Shown in pieces: positions 12,328-23,400 of a stretch of 64,000 bases of DNA (position 1 is the first letter of the stretch; each line of letters opens with the position of its first letter). Under the pieces are notes generated by a model. That model did not search any database. It was not told where the DNA came from and saw nothing but the letters and a program-made list of their open reading frames with translations. The stretch is from Yuukianura sp. NJ FZ-2021 (lineage: Eukaryota), in NCBI GenBank assembly GCA_046563655.1, contig CM102283.1:6324001-6388000 (forward strand), in the 5' to 3' direction. A program made the position numbers and the translations under genes.

Positions 12328-14783
12328 ATGGGTGGAGTAGGAGTAGGTCCGATTCCGGCAGGTTGGTTGAATTGTCCCAATGCAGGAACGGTAATTGACG
12401 ATACATTCTTAGCATTCAAAACACCACTACAATCAGCCTTTGATACTCAACTAAGGAAGAATCGACGCTGGAATCCTGACTGCGTTTTTCGCTATATAAA
12501 GGAAAATGAGGTGGGTCTGGTATAATAATGAAATATTTACATCAGATAAATTGTTGATCTTATGTAATAATTTGTGATTATCCGCAGATACCAATGGGTC
12601 TCTGGATTGATTTGACAAACACCGATCGATACTTCAACAAATCCGAAGTAGAAAAACATGGAATCAAATACCTTAAGCTAAAAATTGGAGGAGGTGGGGA
12701 GGTACCATCACCGTCTACCGTGAAAAAGTTTATTACACATTGCCAATCGTTCCTGGACACGCATCCGGGTAGTGTCATAGGAGTACATTGTAAGATTCTA
12801 GTGGTAGTGGTATAAGAAATGTGTTCATGAACTTGATCTCCTTTAAAATGACTTTATGAATTCAAATCAAGGTACCCATGGTTTCAACCGGACTGGATAC
12901 CTCATCTGCTCATTCCTTACTCAAGTGAAAAGAAAATCCATTGACGACGTGTTTACCGAATTTTGCGTTGCTCGTCCACCCGGAATTTACCGACAAAGCT
13001 ACGTTTCGGCTCTCTGGAAAATCTTCTCAACTCCGAATTTACCGATCATGCCTTCAGTTCGTGAGCCTTTCTGGAGCCAAAGATCGGCTCGTGCCGTGGG
13101 ACACAACAGCAAACCAACAGCGCAAAATATTAGCAACCCAACATCAACATCCTCATCTTTAATAGTATTGAAGCGGCAATATGTTCACGATTTATCCCAT
13201 CCATCTTTACCAGCAAAACGCGCCTTTATTGATCAGTCAAAACATCCACAATTTTTCGGGAATGTTCCTGGAATTCATTACGTTGATAATCCATTGCTGC
13301 GAGAGCAAGTCTTAACTGATGTCCGACGAATGTGCCTGGCTTCTACAAGTTCACACAGCACAGCACCAGTTCCACCAAGGTTTGTCTTCTAATCATGAAA
13401 CACTCAAAGCTTAAAATTGTCTCTTAATCCTAATTAGTTGGATTTTGATATTGTGGGCTTAGTTACTTCAATGAGTACCCTGGAAGACAAGGCAATGACA
13501 TCCGAAAAGAACATTTACAATTGATAAACGAAAACTACGTGGTGACATGGACTGCAACAACATCTACTAAGTATCTACTGCTAATTAAGGCTCCCCAGCA
13601 AGTTTTCTTTATCGATACGACCTGTTCCGTCTTCCAAGTCCATGGAATGACATTCCCTGACAGAAGAGACTTCCGGAAGGCCCACGTCACTGACACACTT
13701 CTTGAAGGGGTAAGTCCTGCGATACAGTTGTTGACATTCGGTTCGAAATGACTATATGTTGCTCTATTCCTTCAGGAAGCGGTGATGTCCAGTTATCAAG
13801 GGGGTGTACTACCGCGATTCTTTGTTCATGACATTATCTGCTTTCACGGCAGCCCTCTCTGTGATGTCAATCACAAGGACAGGATATCCGTCATCAAAAA
13901 GGAAATTCTGGAACCGAGAATGTCGTGTCTCAAAAATGGAATTATTCTCAGGAGGAAAGAATCACCACTTTGGCTCAATACGAAACCGTTTTGGCCTAGT
14001 TGTGCTGCTAGTGACATCCTTCAGGTTCGGGATGACTTTTGCGTTGAAACCCCAGTGGGATTACAATTTATGCACATAAATGAGGTAAACCAAACGCAGT
14101 CGCTCATGCTACTCAGAATTAGTGGTGCTAAATTGCTTGACATCCAACTAAAAACTAAAGTTGAGTAGTGTAGTCATTTCATTTCAATTGGTAATGTGTT
14201 GTTTCTTTGTTTAGCCGTACAATCCTCGGTTTGGTAGTTCCGCACTGAACTGGAGAAGAAACAATTACGTCAACTTCCGGATATCAGTTGATTTTGTGTA
14301 AGTTTTTTCTTGACATTCAGTTTTGATTTGCTCTGTGAAGACACGAAATTGGACTGTGTGTTTGCTCATCTAATCGACCGTCGAATCCGCTAGTTTTAAT
14401 AACATCAAATTTGAAATCTAGGAAACGAAATGCTGATCTGTTTCTATTGGAGCTCATAACTCCGTTTGCAACGATACCGCTTGATGGTCACATCGAAAAA
14501 TTTGACGGAAGAATAGGAGTGTTCAAGTACCACGCGGAAAAAAAGCAGTGGTGGTTTATGGAGGAAGCCAACACGTTTGTACCTGGATCATACGGTGATG
14601 CTCTAAAAGGTAAATGCTTGGCAAATTACTTATAACAAGTCAAATGCTCCGGGGATTAATTATAATTCTACTTTGTGATTAAATTATAGTTATGTCCATG
14701 GAAGGGTTGGAGCCACTGTCCGAGCAAATCCTCCTGGAAGCTATCAATCACAATCAATCCATAATTTCATCGATACCAAATAG
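12328..14783 (+). CDS. mRNA-capping enzyme (RNGTT)-like paralogue: intact RNA 5'-triphosphatase plus degenerate guanylyltransferase domain
   Basis: GPIPAGWLNCP, FLAFKTPL, GLWIDLTNTDRYF, GVHC|THGFNRTGYLIC and ARPPGIYR. The downstream region aligns to the GTase fold (YPGRQ, TLLEG, PRFFVHDII) but lacks KxDG. Confidence 0.82.
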
Positions 14784-15292
14784 TTAATGATCAATTATTT
14801 CTCCAAGTATTGCTTCGGTAGCATTCGATTCCCAAGTACTTAAACCACACGCTAAGGAAAGACGCGTTAGCTTTAGATTTGAAGAAATATATTTAAATAA
14901 AAGCGTTAATTATTAAGTAGCGAAAGCTACTTTATGTTTCGACCTTGACTGTCTGTCTGGCCGGCCAATGGCGGCAGTTATCTCGGAAGCGGCTCAACAT
15001 TTCCGCGATCTATTTCCACCAGTACTATTAGGACCACGGGATGTTCACTATTAAATAGCATCCCGTTGGGTCAATTACGTCCGGGTGAATGGTAAAGGTC
15101 AATGAGTTCTATTTGAAATAGAAAAAAGGTAAACATCGTTTGCATTATGACCTGAGAGTGTAAAGTAATATTTAGTACGCCTATTATTTATCGGGCATGG
15201 AACTCTGTAATACAAATACATTCAACGTGTTTTAATTTAGTCGTAGAATCTAAATATTGAATTTGAAATTCACAAGCCCACGCGTCCTTCCG

Positions 15293-16279
15293 TCACTCTT
15301 TCTCTGGCAAGTCATTCGGCTCCTGTTTTTGCCGCTTCCGGGCTCGAATGTCTGCCAAAGTTTCTTCTATCGTTCTTTTGTCCTTCTTCTGCTCACTGGA
15401 GACTAAATAATTTTTTAAAAAAAATCAAATCATGCAGACGTAATTCCTGTTGAAGAAACCCTCACGAAATGGACATTGACTTGACTTACCAAAACCATAC
15501 GATCTCTCAACTACTGTTGTCTTTGCGGCAGCCTTGGCTACAGCTAATCCACCTTTTGGAAAAAAAAAAAGTTTCTGTTAACATTCCTTTGATTCCGAAA
15601 GTTTCCTCGATAAACATGACGTTTACAAACCAAGGTGCTTTTGATATTTTTGAAGGTACTCTGGTTGTAGTTTTTTCCTAGTTTCGGTGGTGCTAGTTTC
15701 TTGGGAAGAATCTTGATCATTGTCTTCTTCATCTTCTGGAGGTGGAACATAAACTTCATTCCGCCGCATTGCAGCAAGTTCCGGTTCGGAAGGTACTGTA
15801 TGCTGTCGAAATATAATAACGTGGCGATCCACTTCGTCTTCGCCAATGGAAATGGGAACCAGACTTGCACCTTCTGCTATATCGTGTCTGCAAAATCAAC
15901 AAGAATTAAATTATGACTATAGTTCTAACGAGAACAAACGACAGAATTGCTCTTACATGATTGACCGATGGATTTTGTCCATTGTTCCAAACGTGAGCCG
16001 AGGTCCTTGGCCTTCATCAGTATCAAAACTAGTTATCTTCTTGGTAACTTCTTCACGGAAGGTTTGAATCCTTTTCTGTGATGCTTCCTGTTGCTTCAAT
16101 TGCAGCTCTCGTTGTTCTAAAAATTGCCAACAAGAAAACATTACTTATGCGTTAGATTGCTCATTGCTCCAATACGTCATAAAGAATTTGAGTGGCCTAC
16201 TCTGTCTAATTTTCCGCTCTTTCTCGTCCATAACTGGAGGGGCCGTCATTTTCTTTAAAATTGAACCAAGCAAATCCAT
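15293..16279 (-). CDS. SPAG7: Sperm-associated antigen 7 homolog (R3H domain)
   Basis: MDLLGSIL start, MDKIHRSI, PSEPEL, KYQKHLG, C-terminal RTIEETLADIRARKRQK. Confidence 0.85.
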
Positions 16280-16585
16280 TGTAAAAGTTTCTAAGAACAC
16301 ACGAGTTCGAGGTCAAAGTTAATCAAATGCGGAAGCTTGAGAAACAAATTCCGAATCGGTCATCGACAATCCCAAATTCGGAATTTACATTCGGAAGACA
16401 CTTTGGTATGCTTTGTAGTTGCTTCCGTTCATGTCGTTTACGTGATTCTTCCTACTTTCAAAGTGTTAAATTACTTTAAAATGCTAAACTGATCTCTTTT
16501 CAGTTTCCAAATTGAATTCTCCAAAACAAAAATTTTGGAAACAAAAAATTCAAACAAGATAAGAGAAGTTTTTCAAAAAATATTA

Positions 16586-16645
16586 TTTTCGCGCCTTTTT
16601 GTTTTCAAAAAACTGAAAATCTGTGCAAATTTTTAACCCGCGAAA
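16586..16645. promoter_or_regulatory. Two E2F-like sites in the divergent SPAG7/RPA3 promoter
   Basis: TTTTCGCGCC at 16586-16595 matches TTTSSCGC; CCCGCGAAA at 16637-16645 is a near match on the reverse strand. RPA3 is a replication gene. Confidence 0.45.
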
Positions 16646-17021
16646 GTCTATCAGCTGTTTACTTCGTTCCCGCTTTATCCTTTGTCATTGAAGTTTTAAG
16701 TTTTCTTCGTTGCGTGGAGGTTAATTGGTTTTTTGAATTGAAGATTTAATTAATTGGTGATTAGAGAAGGCCTTTCCTCTGGAATTTAGATTCGAATCCG
16801 CACTATTTACATAGTTGAGTACAAATTGTTATTGGGCTTGGGCAGGTACCATACGACTGGTAAGCTCATTTGTTTACAATCACGGCCACGGGCAAATGCG
16901 ATTACGATAAAGGTTTTCATGCAATCTTATAAATTCTGTTATCTAATTACTAATTGTAACGGTTGATAATTAAAGGTTCTGTGAATTTGTGACTTAAAGC
17001 AGCACATCAAAAGCGATCCAA

Positions 17022-17538
17022 ATGGCTGATAAGTCAACTCAAGTACAACGTGCCCGGGTCAATGGCGCATACATGCAACCGAACCATGGAAAGCCGGTGT
17101 GCCTCCTTGGAGTAATTAGCAAAGTAAGTTTAACAATTATGTGGAACGGAATTTCTTTAAAAAGTAAAAAATTTCAGATAATAATAGTTGAATGTGTTAA
17201 ATTAAATTTCAGAGTGATGGTGGACAAGCTTTTAGTCTCAAAGCTTCAGATGGCGCTTCAATCAATGTTCGCATGCGACAACCATTGACGGAACCGCTAT
17301 CAGGCCTGATTGAAGTTTGCGGAATCGGACAAGGGAAAAATCTTGTCCTTGGCGATAGCTACATCACTTTCCCGGAGGGAGTACAAAATTCATTTGGTAA
17401 CCAGATTCAGATTAGTAATTACCGTTTTACTTTTCTTGATGACTTATGTTCTGCCCAGCAGATATGGCCTCTTACAATGACCTTGTTGTCCTTGTGAACA
17501 CAATTGACGAAGAAAAAGGAAACCCTTGGAAGCCTTAA
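17022..17538 (+). CDS. RPA3: Replication protein A 14 kDa subunit; three coding exons
   Basis: RARVNGAYM, GKPVCLLG, PLSGLIEVCG, F|DMASYNDLV; about 120 aa OB-fold size. Confidence 0.82.
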
Positions 17539-17927
17539 GTCACTCCCGCCTTACGACTGCTCTTATCTGCATCCATCCCTACTGCTCTCATGAAAACTTC
17601 AAAACGTCACTCCATCGTCTGGAGTCGGGAGGGCGCGACATGATTTTACTGTATTGTGTCGCTCCTAGCTTCGATTCTGGATTTGCTATTTCCTAGTTTC
17701 GGTAGTACATTACTAAATTCGTACTTCGCTTCATCCTTTCAACAACATTTCTAGTAAAAATATTCATTTCGTAAAATAATCCAGATTCCTTGAATTTAGA
17801 AACGTGATTTTTACTTGCTGATTTTCATAATTTTGATACGAGCTTTTGGCAAAAAGTGAATTGTACTTAGAAATTTGGAAAAAGTTTCCGTCAATCAGTA
17901 CTTTGAGTACGCTGCGTCTTGAATTGT

Positions 17928-19710
17928 CTATGGTGCGTCGATAATGATGATTCCATCAATCACTGGCCAAATCTGGATATCTCCAGCTAGTTTCCCAGAA
18001 GGAGTTCCAATTCGCAGAAACTTCTCGGGATCCATGGAGATTGTAAGCAGATTGTGATCTTTCTGGATCAAAACGTTTTCAGTCTCAACTCCACGAATGT
18101 CCACCTCAAATCGAACTCCGGTTGGTGATCCTGGAATTACGGTCAGGTTTAAAAGTTAAAATACAAAGTTAAATACTCAAAATTACATTAACATTAACTT
18201 TGTTCTGTTCTCACCAGGGAGATTCGACGCTGTTCCTTTAATTCCTTTGGACTTCATGATGTAACCGTTGAAAAGTTGAAGGCCCTTCAGTTCCTTTGAC
18301 GTGATTGGTGGAGGTGGAATCAACCCCATTTCAATTCCCTTAGATCTGGAGAATATCCAAGTAATTGCATGATTAATTATGAAAACTAAGCTAATCTAAT
18401 TAATCGCGTAACAATTTCTCACTTTACCCCAGATTCTTGTAGATTTCTTTCTCTCGAGTCAGTTTCTGCGTCTGCTCACTGTACCGAGCCAGGTCTTCTT
18501 TGAAAGCCTCGGCTGCTCGCTGCTCATACTCCGTCATGTCCTTATTGTATTTGTTCATGGCCTTGGCAAACTTGGTCCAGTAGTCATCCCATTCCTTCGT
18601 TCCAGGAAAAGCTACAAACCAAAAAAAAAAAAGTAAAATTTTGAAATCATTTTTATTTTCAAAATTTAAGTTTTTCATGATTTTGATTCTACCTTTGCAG
18701 ACTCCAATGTTCGGCTGTGGCGGTGGATTGAGTTGCAGAAACGGTGGGATATCAATATTCGAGCCACGATCCAAAACAGAATCAGGTTTGCTTGTACCTC
18801 CTTTTTGAGCCAAACGTTCTTGTGAAGCTGCGCTTGGTAGAAGTGTGGACTTACAAAGATCGTCAATTTTTTTCCGATTCTTTAGAATTGACGTTGGAGT
18901 TGTGACTGGACAGAACATTCCACCATCCTTCCCAGCAACACAATGGCCAGCATCTGCCTTTGTTCCAGAGAAGCTCACTTTGGCAGGCGATACGGTCTTG
19001 GACTCTGCTGGTTTCACAATCGTGTCACTTGCTTTCATTTTGGCGCTGCTGGCTTTTGTCATCTTGGTGTAGCTGGCCTTGACCTTGACCGAACTTCTCT
19101 TCACTTTTGCCTTCGACACTTTTTTCATTGCTACTGCAAGAGTCGTTTTAGATGCCACGTCAGGAAGACTGCTTGACTTTGACCCTGCAGGTTTGTCCTC
19201 AGAAGAATTCTTTAGTGAAGTTGATGCAATTGCCGTAGACGATTTAGACCCAACTTTTGTTTTCGAAATTTTGGATTTTGACTTTCTAACTTTTTTGGAT
19301 TTCTTGACAGAAACAGCAGCAGTGGTAGCCTCGGAGTCAGTTTTTTCAACATCTTTGGAAGATTCTGTCCGTGGGGCCTTGGCAGCAATGGATTTTGATT
19401 TTCTGAGACGATGCGACGACTGGGCAGAAGTGGCAGCCACGGCTGTCACCTTGGCTGAAGTTGTTTCCTTGAGAGCGATTGATCCAGAAGAAGCAAGTTG
19501 CGTATTGTTATTGAGCAGAGGCGGTCCACTTCTTCTTGGAGCGACAGCCGCTGCATGGTGCCGTATTTCTCGAAGAAACACGGACTGGAGACGCTGCTGC
19601 TCCCGTTGTTGCTGGATTCGCTGAATTCTGCGTAGTCGTTCTTGTTGCGACCATTCTAGAGAGCCAGGTATGAAAACTCGCTCCGTGAAGGCTGTCGATG
19701 ACAACGACAT
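17928..19710 (-). CDS. Large basic (K/S/A-rich) protein with coiled coil and C-terminal divergent alpha-crystallin/Hsp20-like domain
   Basis: Long ORF 18424-19713 plus spliced 3' exons encoding VRFEVDIRGVETENVLIQKDHNLLTIS...FLRIGTPSGKLAGDIQIWPVIDGIIIIDAP*. Confidence 0.6.
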
Positions 19711-20482
19711 CACGTCAAAATTTTGAAAAAATTGAACTCCTGCTCTTCAAATTTTGAATTTTGAGTATCAGAAGTATCCTCTCTTGACTGGAAGAGCGGA
19801 GAGTGCCTGTGACGTGAATTTGAAATTTTGACACCTTTGGTTGTCAAAGCTGTCATTTTGTTTTTCTGTAACATTCAGAATGTTTGAAGGTTCAAAGTAC
19901 GCGTTGGCATAACAATTTTTTGAACAACATTTTTTCACAACAGAAAATTGGTTTTAGGAAAATGTCAGAAACGGAAAGTTAGCATGGTCCCGATGACTTC
20001 CGTGACCTTATGACCTCAAAGTTCAAAAGTCACTTTTGGATCAAAGTGACTTCGGAAGTGGTCTCGATGCTTTCCGTGACCTCTTGACTTTGAAGTTTGA
20101 AATTCAAATTTTTGTCAAAATTGGCAAAAATTTGAGCTTGTACAAAATCAATACGTGGCGTATTTTGATAAAAAATGTCAATTTCTGTTTCTTCGACTCG
20201 CCCAATATTTAATATTTGAAATGCTTGATGAAAAATGGTTGTAAATTTGATTTATTATTCCGCTTCTTCTTGCACTCATCAAACCCTGTTATTATGGAAA
20301 TGAGATGAGTTCTAACAGAAGAGCATGGGAAAATGAGAAAGACAAGAGAAAGTTTTTCATTGTCTGAAGACTTTGTATAAGATGAAAGTAAACGAAGAGA
20401 AAAAGTTCATCTTCGAGGAATGTTGAATTCTGATGAGATCTGCTGGTCGTGCGTTGTACCATACAAAAAGTTTAGAGTTTAG

Positions 20483-23400
20483 TTACAGCAACGGAGTAGA
20501 GCCTCCCGGGGTCAACGGCGTTCCCGAATCACGCTGGTCGCCGCCACGGCGGGTGGGTTTTGAACTCGTTTTTTGATTCCCTTGACTCCTGCGGCTGAAC
20601 AGGCCCAAAAACGTTCTACGGAATTCCTTGGAGAAGAGCATGTAGATGTAGAAAGTTATGGAGTAGTTGGTCACTTCTAGAGAGTTGGCTACAGCTCGAA
20701 ACACCTAAATTCGGGTAATGGACACTTTAAGTTAATTAATTCAATTAAGAAAGTTTAATTAAAGTTAATCCTTTTATACTTGAAATGCAAGTGACTGGAG
20801 TAATTGTTTTGTAATGAGAATGCTCAGGAGTACCATTGGGGTCACGCAGATGAAAAACAAGACTGACGTTGACCCCAGCAGCAGCATAATTCGGGATTCC
20901 TCTTGGTACTTTTTCTTTTCGTCACGACTAACTTTGCCTGAAAAAAGGTAGGTTAGTTTTAGGTAAGTTTTGGGCTCATTTCTGTTCAAAATGTCAACAA
21001 TACACAAAAATTTTCAACAAGGTTCGTAAGTAAACAAAAAAGTTTTTTTCTACACCAGGTTGTCCAATAACTCGACTTCAATTTTTTAAAATAATTTGCA
21101 AAATTTGCTTCGCCGTGACTATCTTTGGTTATGATTTGTATATCATGTAATAGCAGTTGATGCAGAAATTTGTAGATTTTTGGAAATCTTGAGTTATTAA
21201 AAAACCTGTTGTAGGAAATACAATTTGGTTGTCAAGAAACCTTGATTTTCAGTTTTTTCTGAAATTTTTACTTGCCTGTCATTCGACGCCTGTTTCTGCA
21301 GGTTCTTCTGTACGCAGCGATGATTCGTAGATTGAGAAAGGCGAGGAGCAGGGTTGGTCCAAGTCGAAAAACAATTGCTAATACCCAGACATAAGTTCTG
21401 TAAAACGGAGATGCCAAGAACTTCGTTCTCTCCAATTTCTCAAACATCGGGAATCCTAGAATTTTCAAAAAACGAAATCTTTTTTGAAACAGAAAGTTAA
21501 CAATGAGAAGTCGTTACTAACTAATCCCTTGCCATCAGGCAACCATTAACTTCCCATTTTGAAACAGAAGGCGACCGAAAAGTAGCAGAAAGCGAAGAAG
21601 GGCTTAGGAGTCAGCAGCTTCTCGACTTTCACTTTTCTTAATGCTTAGCAATTTTCCTAAATACGTGTTCTCGAAGCAGAAATGAAATTCTAGAAAAGCT
21701 CAAAGATATTGAATTTCAAACACGTTAGTTTTTCTAAATTTGCTGAGAATAAACTAGTAGATACAGAAGCCGGAAGGAAGTTTTGGTTTTTGGCATGTGA
21801 CTAGACTGGGTAAAAACCAAGATCTGATGAAGGCTGTAAGAGGACAAGGAGAGAAAAAGTCCCGAGAGAGATGTTCAACAGAATTCGCCAATTCTAGTGA
21901 GATTTGCACAGAATTCGCGAATTCTCCAAAAGATAAAAAATATCATTTCCATAAATTCACTCTCAACTTCTTCAAAATATGCTAAGAATGGGAGATGCGT
22001 TTAGATGTAGCGTTTTGAAAAAAATTTGAAAAACTAAAAAAAAAACTTATCACACTCACAATCTATCGTCAGCTTCTTGAGGATGGACGTGTTAGATGTA
22101 GCGTACTAAAAAATTTGCCAAATTCAAAAGATTCAAAAAAAGCTGCTACATTCACAATTCATCGTCAGGTTCTTATAGGAAGGACGTGTGAGATGTAGCG
22201 TTCTAAAAAATTCGAAAAATTTTCAAAAACGCAAAAAAAAAATAGGAGATTCACAATTCATCGTCAGCTTCTCATGGAACCCGATTTTTTTTTTAAATTC
22301 GTGTAATCTAAGATTAGATCTTCCTCTGAATAATGCGAAACTTCATCTTGTCACAAAAACTGTTTCCCCCGGAAGAATTTTAATCCATTCGCCTCCCGCC
22401 GTTCAGAATTTTTTCACAACCCGTGTTTCTCAAATTTCTAAAAATTTGTCAAAATGAACCAAGGAAAATGTTGAAAAGTGTCTTTTTTCCTTTTTCCTAA
22501 AGAATTTCAAGTAAGAACTCCACAGAAACTTAAATTCTTCCTCCACTTTCTCTTTTCAACGGAAAACGGAAGGAATGAGGATGAGAAAAAGTTTGTTCAT
22601 CATCTTCATCAGCAAAATTTTTCTTTTTTTGGTTGAAGTAAACCAGAACACTGATTGTTCCCTTTGTACTTCTTTTATAGTTTAAAGCAATACTTAAGGG
22701 AAAACTTCAATTTTAACTCCGAAGAGCATAGGCTTAGGCTTTCGGTTTTTACGACCACGGTTACAATCACTCAAATTCTGGTTTACTGCAACCTGAAATT
22801 TTAGTAGCGTCACTGTTATGAGAACTCTGACTGGTGAAAGCACTATTAATTTCTTATGATTCCAGAATAAACAAAAGTACCCTCCGGTCTGTTCTGGACA
22901 CAAATCCCAACTTGCAATAACAATTAGTGCTAATGGAATCGATTCTTAAGAGCGGGCGTCTCTTGCTCCTTAGTTCACTTGCACTTTCTCGACTTAACTT
23001 TCTCCAGCCTACTTTCAAACTTAACTGAACCTCAAAGGCCCTTAAGGGCTCTCTAGGATTCCAAGAAACAGGAGAAGGTATTTAACGTCATATTGTCAAA
23101 GTCAAAGGAAACAGGAAACAAAGGAACAAAAGTGTCCAGGAATTTGTGAAATGCAGGACATAGGCCACAATAGAACACAAAATTTAATTTCCAGAAAGCC
23201 GCCGGAAGGAAGGAGAAGAAAGTCCTGCACGACGAAGCATCCTGCTTCCAAGTTATTAAATTTTTCAGTCTGTTAACTCTCTTTTGTCCGTATGTCATTT
23301 CAAAACCACAGACTTGTAGGTTATTTAATCTAACATATGTTAGGCCATAACCTAACAATTTCACCAAACCGAAAAACCTAATAAAGTGGAATTAGATTTT

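Noticed and set aside
17600-17670. Hairpins in the RPA3 3' UTR (SECIS-like?)
   Set aside because: RPA3 has no in-frame UGA and the SECIS core geometry is not met.
21995-22280. CRISPR-like repeat/spacer appearance
   Set aside because: Eukaryotic intron, spacers related to each other, no cas genes.
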